Source of the DNA: Chromera velia
Taxonomy: Eukaryota
Length of the DNA stretch: 51,617 bases
Direction: 5' to 3'
NCBI GenBank assembly: GCA_018398765.1
Contig: JAHBMJ010000263.1
Coordinates: forward strand, 1-51,617
Below are positions 38,399 through 51,064 of this stretch, piece by piece (positions within the stretch are counted from its first letter, which is position 1; every line of letters starts with the position of its first letter). The notes under the pieces are model-generated. The model was not told the origin of the DNA. It searched no databases and saw only the letters and a list, made by a program, of their open reading frames with translations. The translations under genes were made by a program, and so were the position numbers.

Positions 38399-39312
38399 AA
38401 GACCGTTTGTGTGCCCCTTTCCGGTGCTGCATGACGCTCCCTCCCAGATCGACAGGGCCTGGCCTTCCTTTCTCTCTTACTTCATCCTGTCCTGCGCGTC
38501 GCGTACCCGTTCTTACCTCTCCCGCGTATTCTTTTTGCTCTTGCCACCCTCGTTCTTCTGTCGCTTCTTCATTTTTTCTTATTTCTCGGGGCTTTTCTCG
38601 TAGTTGTTTTGTTGTCCGAAATTTTGTTTCGCGTTTTCATATTCCTGTGAGCGTCATTTGATCTGCTGTTTAGCAATGAAGACAAGAAAAGAGAGACAGC
38701 CCGTTCCCAATGTGATCAGGGATAAAAGCAATGAAGGATCGAGCGGGTGAATATGGGAGTGAGAGAATGAGCGAGCGAATGAATAAAGGAGTGAATGGGT
38801 GAATGAATGTTCGAACGCATGCAGGTGAACTACATCCTCGACGAAATAATTATCGGAGGTGCGTTCGGTGCCTTCTCTCTGTTGTTTCCTCAACCGTGCC
38901 TCACTCAACGTCCACTCCTGTCCGATCGATCTCTGGCCGGTTTTTGGACATGCTTTTCCTTGCCTTCCTCTCTCCGCCCTGCGCTGTGCTTCTTCAGACT
39001 CTTCCCTGTGCGTTCGTTCGGTTCTATTCTTTCTGAATACTCGCCTCTCTTTCTGTGTTTGGGCATAGAGTAGCTATCCGACTCTTTGTCGGATTTGACC
39101 GTCTCCTGATTGGCTGGCTATCTGGCTGAGAGAGAATAAGAGTCATCGATCGTCTTTCTTGTTGCATAGACCTTATTGCGTCCATTAGTTTGTGTGTTGC
39201 AATGTAATGTGCAGGCATGGTGCTGGAGACAAACGTGGACAGCATCTTGGCGTCGCTAGATGCAACAAAGAAGGTTGAGCAAAGCGAAACTTCACTCTTT
39301 GGCCTTACCTAA
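36540..39312 (+). CDS. AP3S: Adaptor protein complex AP-3 sigma subunit, 158 aa, 6 exons
   Basis: Exons 36540-36608, 36703-36830, 37166-37241, 38059-38130, 38825-38858 and 39215-39312 (TAA). Product MIKSLVIVNNLGKPRL...YRHYATLFFILVVDSAESELGILDLIQVFV...CFENVCELDL...GGMVLETN; GKPRL, RHYATL and ESELGILDLIQ are sigma-3 type. Confidence 0.93.
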
Positions 39313-41753
39313 TTCAATTCGGACTGAATATATGACTCAATGTATATATGATCCTAGGTACATGATTTGAGAGTGAAAGCTGATTTAATACTTGGCTGTA
39401 ATCGTTTTTTAAAAACAAAATGGCTGCAATGATGATAGCTTATAATAAAACTATTTCCTGTAATACTATATTATTCTTAGTATTAATAAATGCTTTGCTA
39501 CCAACTTAATTGGCTATAACTAGTAGCAAATATACTAGCTCTTTTTTCTTTTTTAAGTATGGATACTATAGGGAACTTGAAGTGTACACTGTTATGGTCT
39601 ATTCAGACGGTAACTTAAGTCTTTGATCGTAATAGTTCTGAGACGTTTTGCTGTTTGTGTCCTTTGGCAGACATCAGGAGAATCACAATAGATAAAGTGA
39701 GAGCAGGTGACAGACTGAGAAACAGAAGGTCCTGAGTTCGATTCCAACCTCTATCTCTTTTGCCTTTCAGACACGAGAAGCCGATTTTGGCCCCGTACAC
39801 GAAACCGATTCCGCGTGGCGAACCGCAGCCAAGACCGCGCGGTGCACCATGCACAAGAATTAGAAATTAGCCGAATCGGATTATGAAAGAAGAAAAATGC
39901 AGAGCCGAATAGTTTGAGTCACATCCAAATTCAGTGGAAGACGATCGACCTCTTCAAATCTCTTCAACTCTCAGTCGTGACGAGTCCGGACGAGTGAGCA
40001 CCTCCAATGACCTCTGATCGACTCAACCTCTTTGAGATCTCATCCAAGTTGAACCCTTCCTGCATATACGAACACACGCACTACAAAGAAGAAACACAGT
40101 AGAGATGCTTAAACGTACGAAAAGAATCCAGACAAAGGGATCGGGTGTGGAAGGCCCCTTGGCGATACTTCGGACCGAAACAGTCGATCCTGGGTCTCGT
40201 CTGGGCTAGCTGGAGCCCTTGGCTGCGTGGCCCCCACCCTCACGTGATCTCCCTGGAAGACAGACGTGCGCTAAAGCTCTCAAAGACTTCAAACTTAGCC
40301 TTCTAGAGTAGCAAGCAAACCTGATAGAATGACTGACCTTCATACATCTATAGAACTTTTGAACCTTCTAGCTTTCACCTCTTTGGAGTCAGATGGTGCC
40401 TGCGTCCTCTCTCATAGGGTGAGAGTAGGTTGTAACATGTGGTGACGCCAGCGAGAGCTCTAATGGTTCTGACCACAAGCAACCTGTTTGGTATGAAAGA
40501 GGGAGGATGAGTCAGGAGCTGCAACCCCCTGAAAAACCACTTGCCACTGGAATTAGATCACTCCGAGCCTTCGTTCTTCCAGATGAGCTCCTTTCCGCAA
40601 AAACTGAAAGAAGTTGCCCAATCACAAGCCTCCCAGCTTTCTTACAGTGTGGAGCTTCCGCTCCCACGATAGACATTGATAAACCAGTACAGAAGAGAAG
40701 AGATCAAGACTCTCGCCTAAGATGTCACAAATTTTGCAGCTCCCGCGCGCGCCTTCTAAATTCAAATGCCGGGGTCATTTGCCTCCCTAGGCCTGCATCG
40801 TTTCCGCACAGCCGCGTGTGTTGGAACGCCGGGGCACATGCAACCACGCGAGGCGCCGCGATCAAAAAAGTGACTGACCTTTTTGGTCAAGCCAACAGTT
40901 CTCTCCCTGAATCGAACAGCAACCTCTGCACTCGCAGATGAAATTCCTCCCCACAAACCCTCTAAAGAAGACAATAGCAGTCTCGTACGAGCATCAGCGC
41001 TTCTGTGGAAGTTAACACCCCTCCGAAAATCAGCCCTCTCTGCAAAGTAGAACGATAGAGCGACCATTGGATCGGAACTGCATGTGGAACAGTTACTTCT
41101 GGACCCCTCTGGAGCTTGGCTGCATGTTGAAGCAGATCGAGGAAGGAGCGGAGTAGCTAGGTATATAATACCATCTATCAAAGGCTTCACAGCAAAAACA
41201 AGAGCAAAAAACATATATACACACATGAACTTAGACATAAAGCCAATTCCTAAAGGCCAAATCACATTTGATAATTATTTTTTAATGCCGAACTTGAAAA
41301 GTCTCTAAAACAGTCTTCAGGGAAAAACAAAGCTAGTTATGTATAAGAGTTGTCGGTAGTCGTCGGCTAGCTATTGTCAGAGCTAGTCTCAGCTAGATGA
41401 AGTGTGACTTCAAGTGTTATTTCTTTAGGCTGCTTCAATGCGGTGAAAACACGTGAATCCTGGGCTTTAAACTATATTTTTGGGGTAGATAAATCTTTTT
41501 AATCGATTGTTTTCCATGCTAGTTTGCGTGCATCCTTGCGTATGGGTGGGTGTACATAAAAAACAAAAAATGGTGGGTCAGGAACTAGGCCGGGAACTCT
41601 ACGATGATTGTTCCAGCTGCAGAAGCCACCTCTTTTGCTAATTATTTCCTATATATCTGAGCGAGCTTTCTCGCGATCGCTCCTAGGCTAGCAATGCATA
41701 TATGCTCAGACTGCGCTTTGCTATTGGGACACGATGGCTGGCGGGTTAAGTCA

Positions 41754-41777
41754 CATCATCATCATCATCATCATCAT
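41754..41777. repeat. (CAT)8, left copy of the putative target-site duplication
   Basis: Matches AT(CAT)7 at 51292-51314. Confidence 0.7.
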
Positions 41778-42122
41778 TATCATTATTATTATTGATCGGT
41801 CTATAGGCCATCATACAATGCATGAGTCTAGGATAATGCTGTATTGCCCCTTTGCCAGACCTGCATCATACAACGGGAGGGGGCTTCATTCTCGTAACTC
41901 TAAACACCCTGCATCTAGAAGATGCTTTCTAAATCGCTGATGTCGTTTCCCTTCTGTGGGAGGAGTGTGACAACTGCAACAGAGACTCTCAGGCAGTAGA
42001 GGCAGACAGGAAGACCCGTGGAGAAGGGGGACGGGAGATGTACGTGGGAGATGGAAAAAGAACATTCAAAGGTGAGACGGGAAGAGAGGTAAGTAAGCAT
42101 CACATGCATCGAATCGCAGGCC

Positions 42123-44170
42123 TTACGATGGAGGGCGCAGACAGATGTTTCGCAAGATTCGTAGGGCCGGTATGGGTGAGTGTCTGAGTGCCAGGGTAAC
42201 CTTTATTCGTGCTAACAATTCGCTTTGCGTGGCGTGTTTTAGAGGGGTAGAGTCTTTCGATAGCAACCACTTTCTCTCTTTTTCTTGGGCTCTGTCTAAT
42301 TTGGCTTCAATTTTGGTTACAATTGCATTCAAAGCCTCTCGATCTGCTCTTGTTTCTGTGCATTCAGTCAGTCGGTGCAGTAGATCGTCTGCTTTGCCCC
42401 TGCATGCAGGGCAAACCGCGTCTTCCAGCCCTCTGTACGGTGCATAGGGGCGACCACCAAGCAACATATACAGTAAGGCTGAAAAAGGGCCTGAGGACCA
42501 GATCGCAGCGCGAGGGAGAGAAACAAAACGGGGGGACGAAGGGGATGAAGAAAAAGTAGAGGAAAAGAAGAGGAGAGATGAACGTTGGGCAGTAGGATAA
42601 GACGTTTGGAACACATTCAGTCTGACGCCTCTGCCGAACTGCAAAACCGCCCCCCGTGAAGCGGCCCTTTCTAGATAACCATCAATCTATTCATCAACTT
42701 CCCGGTTGATCACTGCTCTTAAGAGAAGGAGACGGCCAACCTTGGTGGCTTTCTTTCTTCTTCTGATGGTTGGATCGACAGTCACAAATTCTTCCAATCC
42801 GGTCGACCCAATCAATTTTTATGCATGCATCATAGAAGAAGGACAATCACCATTCATTAAAGCCGACCAGGCACCCGCGGGCATCTTGAGATCAATATGT
42901 TTTAAGTTAGTCAAATACCCAACAAGTCTCATCGACACATACACACGTGCAGGAAGTAGACCGACAGCACACAGGGTAGGTACACGGAAAGAGGAGAGAG
43001 ACAGATTCAAAGCCCAATGAACAAAATGCAATTGAAGGACATCTAATGCATCCATGTCTGACTTGCGGACAGGCAGACAGTCAAACGCATATAGAGCAAC
43101 AGGCAACCAGAAAGCACATAAACACAAAATTTTTGCTGCGGGGGGCAGGCGACCTAAAGAGAGTGCTACGCTCTTTGCATGACCCATCCGTCTACTCGCT
43201 ATGCTAAGCCTCTCTTCTATTGCCTCCCTTAAGTCTCCCCCTTCGAACAAAAGAACACTCAGATATTTATACGACCCCACTCTCTCGACCTCTTTTCCCC
43301 CAAACATAAGCCTGCCTTCAATTGCAGGGTAAGAGTTGGACAGACGCATGATTTTTGTCTTTTTTAAATTAACAGTGAGCCCCCTCTCTTCACAAAAAGA
43401 ATTCAATTCATTCAAGCTGACCTGCAGGTCATACACGCTCTCAGCAACGAGGACAAGGTCATCAGCATAACCAAGGCTATCGCACTCAACCCCACCGAGC
43501 AGAACCTCTGCACGACCGGAAGCCTTCACTCTTTCATGCAGATCATTGATGAAAATCAAGAAGAGAAGAGGGGAGAGAGGATCCCCTTGTTTCACCCCTT
43601 TCTCTTCCTTGAACATAAAAGGGCTGCCAGTGATGCTTCCGTACACATTTGTATATATTGCCCAAATTATTTTGACATCGACTGCACTTACCCCTTGCTT
43701 CAGCAAAACTTCAAACAAAACATCCCTGGGCAGGGAGTCAAAGGCTTTGCTGAAGTCTACAAAGCATGCTAACAAGGGCTTCTTGCATTTCTTTACCTTT
43801 TGCATCAGCGCAGTAAGTGCTCCAATGGCTTCCCTTGTTCCTACCCCTTGCTGAAAACCCAACTGCCTATAGTCAATCTTCACTTGCGATGTAAGACGGG
43901 CAGAGAGGAATGAAGAAAAGAGTTTTGGTAAGAGTGAGACAACATGAATCGGACGCTATTCACCAGGGTCGGGGGAAGGAGGCCCCTTTAGAACCGGACA
44001 GATTTTAATTACATTCCATTCATCTCGCCAAGCGGATGTCAAGTAAATTAAGTTCAAATGGATAAATAACAAAGCACCAGAAAGAGGCGAATATTAAAAG
44101 CATAGGGAGAGGTGGTTGGGGGCGAGTCCGGACAACCCTGTAGCCTTTTCTTCCTTTGTGGACCGGAGGA
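42123..44170 (-). pseudogene. LINE reverse transcriptase and C-terminal C-x2-C-x8-H-x4-C finger
   Basis: KATG, DPGE*RPI, QLGF, FVDFSKAFD, GVKQGDPLSPLLF, YADD, YKYL and CPACRGKADDLLHRLTEC lie in one frame. Stops at 44094 (TAA), 43956 (TAG), 42819 (TAA) and 42687 (TAG). Confidence 0.92.
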
Positions 44171-45159
44171 CTTTCCTTATTTCTTCTATGCAAAAATAAA
44201 GGCGAGATGGAGGGATTGGTGGGGGCAAAGGGGGAGAGTAAATGCCAAAGGGAACCTGATGAGAGTGGGTATGCAGTTGTGGAAAAACGCCAGGGTGCAA
44301 AGAAGAGTTAAAAAGAGGTGGGGCTGGCTGCGAAGGAGGGAAAGGGGGAGCACTTTCTTGTACAGATTCCCTACCAGAGGGAGAATCAGCGAAGATGGAA
44401 GCCCAGTGACAGGAAAAGTCCTTTACTGAAGGCTGGGAACCAGGAGGGGCTTTCTCTCTATTGCTTCTTTGCAGCTTTCTTCTCAATGACCAAACCTTTG
44501 AAGGGTTAGAGGACAACTCAAGTGCAACCTTTTCTGCACAGAGCTTTTCGTACGTCTTTCTTTTCCTGTTGTGCAATCGCTGACATCTGCGGGCTTGCCT
44601 CTCAACTGTCTGTCTTAAGGCAACCACGTTCGTTCTGCTGCTCCCACTTCTCTCCTCATTTTCACATGATTGCACAAGTTTGTTTAACGCCTTCCTTGCT
44701 TCCCTCCAAAGTGTCGCTGCAGCTTCCTTGCATTCATTATCAAACCATTCGGCCTTTTTCTTTTGTCTCACTTTTTCCCTGCCCTGTTGACCATCCAAAT
44801 CCTTCTGCTTGATTTCTTTTGTCAGGCCGGCCAACGTGGTTTCCCATTCCTTCAGCAGTAACTTTTCCCGTTCACAGAAAGACAAAGGCACCGGTTGCTC
44901 ACATGAGTTGGGAGCAGACAGTGGGGGGGGGGGAGCGGATGGAAAAGAAGAGAGATCAATGTTTTCAGCTTCGCAAGCCATTTTTACAAGTCCAGGTTAT
45001 AGCTGTTCAGCCAATTGACCAGCTGCTGCAGTCGAGGGGAGAAGCTCCTCGTCTGAGATAGGAGTGGATCTGATGGAGCGATGAAGGGGGGGGATAGGTA
45101 AAAAGGAGTTCTCTTTGCTGTCTGGCTGTTGAGGGGGAATGAAAGGGGCAGCAACAAGG

Positions 45160-46085
45160 GACAGAGAAAGTGACACAGCTGCATGGTCGAGCCTAGACAG
45201 TTCTGCTGGCTGTTTCATATCGAGGTGAGTATAAGCATAGAGGAGGGGGGGATCAACGAGAAAAAAGTCAATCAGAGTGTGACCTCTACCTTTCTAGAGG
45301 AAGGTGCAGTCAAGTGAGAAAGAGCGTGCTTCCCCACTCCAAGCAGGGGCAGAACCATCAATGTAGAGACCATTTAAAGGGAGAAGATTCGTTAGTTCAC
45401 AGAGTTTTAAAAGAGAACGGCCCTGCAGATCAACTTTTCGGTTGCAAGACGAAGCACGGATTACTCCCGATACATTCTCTTCCTGAATGATTCCGTTCTT
45501 ATCTTATACCCCCCTATCCCAAGTGATTCCTTTTGGCAGCTCATCGGAGATGTGAGCGTTGAAATCACCAGTCACAATTCTCCTTTCCCCTAGAGGAACT
45601 TCCGACAATGCATCTGTCAGGCGCTCCCAGTGGCTCGGATCCCCGCCTGCCTCCCCTCTCCCAGTAGACCGTCCGTGTAGCACATATACTCCAAACACAT
45701 GCAGAATAGAGGACTTGCTGTATGCATCGAATCCACCAACATGCAATGACGCACGCAGCGTGGATGGGCCGACCAGTTTGATCTCAGGCCTTAGTCGGCC
45801 TCTCAATGACTTCCAAATTAGGACAGCGACCCCCCCGGTATCCTTGTCCTGTTCTAACGCTTCTTTCCTGCCTCTACCACTTCTTCCTCCCCCAAGGTGC
45901 TGTCTAACCCATTCTCGATGGGAGAAATTCTTGCCTGAGTGAAGAAGGTATTCAAGAGGGCGCGTGGGGGACCGTGTTTCCGTCAAAATTACCACATCAA
46001 ACTCCTTAAGCCAGGCAAACAGACTGCCATCACTTTCTATGCTGTCTAAGAGACCTTTCACGTTGAGCGTGGCAATTCTGAGCCC
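45160..46085 (-). pseudogene. LINE apurinic-type endonuclease domain
   Basis: IATLNVKGL, DVVILTET, GGVAVLI, GVY, VTGDFNAH, GRSLLKLC..LLPLNG, TF, IDF and LDH are in the same frame as the RT. Stops at 45504 (TAA) and 45294 (TAG). Confidence 0.9.
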
Positions 46086-46369
46086 CGCTATTGATCTTAC
46101 AGAAATCAATTCTTTCAATGTAACACCTCCACTGGCTAGGCAAGCTGAAGCAGAAGCAGAAGCAGAAGCAGATGCACGTGCCGATGAAGAAGAAGAAGAA
46201 GAAGAAAAAGAAGAAGAAGAAAAAGAAGAAGAAGACGAGGATGAAGAGAGACCTTGTCCTTTTCCCTTCTTTCTCTGCCCTTTTTTCGTCACCTTCTCCC
46301 GTTTAGTCTTTCCATTGTTTCCCTCACGGCTCGTGCTCTTTATCGGGGACTCAAGGGGCCGCCAGCCAT

Positions 46370-46805
46370 GTGGGTTTCAACATTTGCCTCCTTTTGGGCA
46401 CCCCACATAGGGAGTACCATTCTTTGCACACTTGCAGCCAGCACAAATATTAGAGCCATGACACCGGCATGCACATCTGGTAGACGGTTGGACGGAAGAG
46501 ATGGGGGAAGCAGTCTGGGGGGACAGAGCCGAAGGGTCGCGGTTTTTATATCTGTTTTTGCCCACATAGCAGTTAGTACAGTGGGTTCCGTTTAAGGTAC
46601 ATCTACAGTTTTTTCCATAAACCCCCCCCCCCCCGATGGTCTGCACTCACAATATCGTACTTCCTTATAGTTCGGGCATAGGGCGCCCAGCGGGCAGTGG
46701 GTACAGCGTTTTTTCGCTGCCGCACATGGACACTCACACTTTCTCTTCCCCCTCTGTCTCTCTGGGCATTGCAGGCAGTTGTAACACGCTTTCTCGGCTT
46801 GACAG
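46370..46805 (-). other. Three CXC-like Cys-rich repeats upstream of the LINE endonuclease
   Basis: CECPCAAAKKRCTHCPLGALCPN / CRCTLNGTHCTNCYVGKNRYKN / CKCAKNGTPYVGCPKGGKC*N. The frame changes only at the N (46877) and at the C13 homopolymer (46622-46634). Confidence 0.65.
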
Positions 46806-49654
46806 GGCTCTTCTTCCTCTCTACGTTTCAGTGTTTTGGGGCGTGATAAGGAGGAGGAGGAGGAGGAGGAGGAGGANAGAAGAAGAAGAAGAAGAAGAAG
46901 AAGAAGAAGCAAAAGAAGAGGAAGAAGAAGAAGAAGAAGAGGAAGAAGAAGAGGAGGAAGAAAAAGAAAGAGAAGGATCTTCATTCTGAAGGGTCAGTGC
47001 TTTGGGGCGTGATCCGGAGGAGGAGGAGGAGGAGAGAGAGGAAGAGGAAGAAGAAGAAGAGGCAGAAAGAGAAGAAGAGGAAAAAGAGCCACTAGAAGAG
47101 CCACCTCCCTTACTCCCCTGCTCCATGTGTCTGTCGTTCGTTCCGCTTTCACCCTTCTCTTTCATGGCATTTCCATTGGACTCCCCAGGAGAAGAAGGCT
47201 TAGTGAAAGACGAAGGAAAAGGGGAGGAAGGAGACAAGGAAAAAGAAGAAGCAGAAGAAGAAGGAAAAATAGAAAGGCAGCCACCTTTTTCACTCCCCTG
47301 CTTCCCGTGTCCGTCGTTCGTTCCGTTCATACCCTTGGCGATTTTATCGGGCCCCCTGCTCACTGCGTCTGTCCCTTATTCAATTTTTACCTGTTTTCTG
47401 TGTCTGTCGCTCATTTTATTTTCACCTTTATCCAGTGAAGCGCTTCCAACGAACCTTCCAGGAGAGGAATGAGAAAAAGAAAAGGGAGGAGAAGAAGAAG
47501 CAGAAAGGCTGCAAGGAGAAGGAAAAAAAGAAGTAGAAAAAGAAAAGAAAGAACCGACTCCCCAAATCTCTTGCTTTCCGTGTTCGTCGTTCGTTCCCAC
47601 CTCACATTTGTCTTCTGAGGAAGGGGAAGTGGAGAGAGAGGGAGAGGGGCAAGACATTTGTGTGGGAGATACCTCAGTGGGTGGCGAAGATTCCTCCTTT
47701 GCGGACTCGGAGCAGAACAATTTGTACAGCATTTTCACTCGAGACGGAACCGAACAAAGCGGTGTGAGACGGACAGACGTTGGACACTTGAGAGTGCGAA
47801 GAGGGCTAGAGGCAGGCTGACAGCCAAAGATAGCGGGTAGAACTATTGGCGGAGGGCGGGAAAGGAAGTGGTGCAACGAATGTCCAGAATGTCGAGCTTC
47901 ATGATTGAACATAACAGATGGGATAGGAGGAGTGCAGCGATTTGTGGTCAAAGCAGAAAAACTTGGGGCGAAAGAAATAGGAAAAAAGATCGGAGGGACT
48001 GGAGGAGGTTCAGGTGGAGGAGGTGGCGTTGGAGGAGAATGAGAAGGAAGATCTTGAGAGGAGGGAGTCGCAGGAAGGGAAGGGATAGGAGGGGGGCAGG
48101 GAGGCATAACCGGGGAGAGCTGCATGCATGGAGGAGAATAGATGCACATAGAGGAGAAAAATAAATTTGACGGCCTTGGCGAAGGGGGGCCTTGAGCCTC
48201 CAAGGAGTTAAGGGCGGAATGGGTGGGAAGAAAGGAAATAGAGGTCGTCGAGTTTTTACACTGTACACCGTCCGTTTGTTCAATCTTCGTCTCCCCCTTA
48301 CTCTTTACGTCTTTTACTTCAGAGGGGGAAGAAGAAGGGGGAAAAGAAGAAGAAGGAGAAGAAGTGACATCACCTTCGTGCATAGATGAAGAAGATGGAG
48401 AAGGCTTAGCTGTAACAGAGGGACTTGTGTGGGAAGGTTGACTGAGAACAAACTGAGAAAAGGGGGAGGGGGGGAGGCGAGAAGAGACCTCTGTAGGCGA
48501 AACATCCTTTACTTACATAGCTATTGTACGACTTCTTTCCTTTCTTTGAAGTTTCCTTTGTACCTTCATGACCCTTCTTTTTGCTGCAGCTTTCTTTCTA
48601 GACAGCTTTTCTTTACCTGAAGCCAACCTATCCCAGCATGCCGGCAAGAAACCTGGGGGAAGATTCTGAATAGAGGAGTACAAGGGGCGGATGGGATGAG
48701 GACAGATTTTTAACCTATTCCAGGCTGGCAGGGTGCCTGCCGGTGGGGGGCAAAAGCTCAGGGGGAAGGCAGCAGGAGGAGGAGACGGTAGGGAGGGAGA
48801 AGGAACAGGAGAGGAAAAAAGGAGTTCTTCATTCTCTAAGGCAAGCACTTCGAATGCATTTCTTTCTTTCTTCACTCCCGGCCCCCCCTCTAAAAGGTTT
48901 CTTCCCTTCCCCATACTTCTCTTTCCTCTACTGACCAACCAAGGCTTCTCAATGACATCCTCCCCAAAAAGCCCATCCCAGCAGGAGGGAAAACTGAGGC
49001 CAGGTGCAAGAAGAGAGGAGCAGAGAGGAGGAAAAGGTATCATTTCGTCAGTTCTGTCGTTTGAAGTCCCTGCGTAGAGAGCAGGAGAGAGAGGGCAGGC
49101 CCATATGAGCTCGCATTTATTTATGTAGTTTGGCTGGCTCACTGACTGTCTTCCTTTCTCATCGAACCTATCCGAGTGAGAGATAAGTGGTTGGCAACTT
49201 GGGGGGATGCAAAAGGGAGGTAAGGGCATTAAAGGAGCGCAGTGGACATGAGAGGAGAGGGGGAGGGAGCGAGAGAGTGGTGGCAGGGGGGAGTTAGAAA
49301 CAGACCGGGCCTGCGCCTCCCATTCTACTTGAGGGGGACGGTTCGTATTGTTAGGAGGCTGCTGGCCATTCGAATTTTGATTATGTGTCTTTAGTTCCTC
49401 TTCTCTGCCTCCACAAAAAAAAGTAAACAACGAGGGCCTCTCCGGCAAGGGCCTGCGAAGACTTCCCACGGTACAGACTAACGAAATCGGGGGGGGGAAA
49501 ACGGACGGGCGGACGGGAGATGGAGACGAAGGCGGGGGGCCCCCGGGTGGGACCTTTTGTTCCGGCAGAAGTCCCGAAAACTGCCGTGATGCAGGGTCGA
49601 ATCTGCAGGAGAGGGGTGGTACCCTGCTCTCCCCCCCTCCCTCTGCCACGTCGG

Positions 49655-51064
49655 CTACTGGGAGGGACCGGCCCTCCCTTCCCCTTCCCCTGAGCTTCCC
49701 GCTGGTCTATCGACTCTATTGAACTCGGCCACCCTACTCTCCCACCCCCCTTTATCAGTTTGTGCTGGGTTTACTGGGGACTGAACGTCTGCCATAGCAT
49801 CCCCATTTTCCCCTCTCTGGATCGGTCCCCCCTGCCAGGAAGGCGCTGTGTTCAGAACTCTAAAAGGGCTCCCCCACCCATCAGTGCGCTGCTGCTGCTG
49901 GGGGCCAAACAGGAGTCCCCGCCTCACTCCGCCTCCCTCACCTCTTTGCATTCGCTGTCTATGTCTGTCGGTCTGCTCTACAGTGCTGGGATTACCGTTC
50001 GTCTCGTCAAGTGTTCTACGCAGGCGCACCCCCAGGTCGACCTGTCTCGGTGCCTCGGGTTCGACCATGCCCCCCGCTCCAAGGTCTGGAGCCCTAGACC
50101 CCTCAATTCTCCCCAATCTCTAGTCAGCTGAGAACTGCCGGAGTCGCTCGGTCAGTCCTGCTACTCTGGTACTAGTGGGGCCGGTAACCTTTCGAAAGTC
50201 CTGCATAACAGCATGGTACCGGTCTTTCAAATTCTGCTGTGCTTCGGTTGCAAACCCTCCCTCCACCGCTCGGGTCACTCTATTAACCTTTCCAAAGAAA
50301 CGGAAGAGGGGGGAGGCACCTGGGTGCATTACAATTTTTCGGTTCAGAATCTCGGTATCCGTAGGGAGGAAGAGGGGGAGAGGTCTCCCCTCTTCAATCC
50401 CTAGTTTATTGCGGGCCTCATCATATGCTGACAGCAGGGCGGCTGCATCACCCGGGGTGAGTTTGAGTTCATCGGTATGTGAGGGCTCCCCCCGCATGTC
50501 CGTGGTGCTTCTGTAGAAAAAAGACTTGATCCTCCAGCTCATACCCCATCTATGTCCGGCTCTCCAGACGATATACCTCCGAGCATTGAGAGGCAGCGAT
50601 GGAGGGGGGAATAGGGGTACAGCTCCTGTGAGAATTTCCTCTGCCGTTTCCACTCGCCTTCTATGAGGGCACCGAGAGACTTTGCTGCTTTGAGGTCGTC
50701 CCTTGTAAAACACAGGCCAAAGGGGAGATGTCTTGATATTTACCACCGCCGTGCCCCTCTTGGCATGGTCGAGTGCTTTCTCCTTTTCAACCCACTCCAG
50801 GAGTGCGAACACCCTCTCTTCCTCAACGATCATTTCTACATGGTCAAGCCTGACCTCAACCCTCTGCTCAGCTTGCCCAATCAGAGTCACAGCCTCGTCT
50901 CTGGAGATGGTACTGAGACGGAAACCTTCGAGTGCGGTGGTGATCTCTGTGAATTTTGGGATGAGGGTGTTGGAGACGGCTGTTGCTGCAGCCGTTGCAG
51001 CACGGTTAATGACGTCGTCATTTTCTCCGCTGCCCTTTCTGCCTGCTTTATTCATATCAATCAA
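49655..51064 (-). pseudogene. ORF1-like N-terminal region of the LINE, no recognised family
   Basis: ORFs 50120..51064 and 49655..50116 share a frame and are separated by one TAG (50120-50122). The N-terminus is helical/coiled-coil-like (LIGQAEQRVEVRLDHVEMIVEEER). Confidence 0.6.

Noticed and set aside
3392..39312. Functional cluster of lipid-trafficking genes (Patched/NPC1-like, flippase, AP-3 sigma)
   Set aside because: They are thematically related but interspersed with unrelated genes, repeats and an assembly gap. Nothing in the sequence shows co-regulation or conserved synteny.
46821..46880. TAG at 46821 and TAG at 49655 counted as nonsense mutations in the LINE
   Set aside because: Both lie downstream of likely frame switches (the N at 46877 and the 49660-49706 junction), so they were left out of the stop tally.
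42066..51064. TAA/TAG reassigned to sense codons (ciliate-like code), making the LINE intact
   Set aside because: No single amino acid fits: Gln at KIE*G, but an aromatic at *RPI and Trp in the chromodomain. The host exons I reconstructed have no in-frame TAR, AP3S and the His-rich gene end in TAA, and the Cys>Tyr changes need mutation anyway. It is not formally excluded without other copies.
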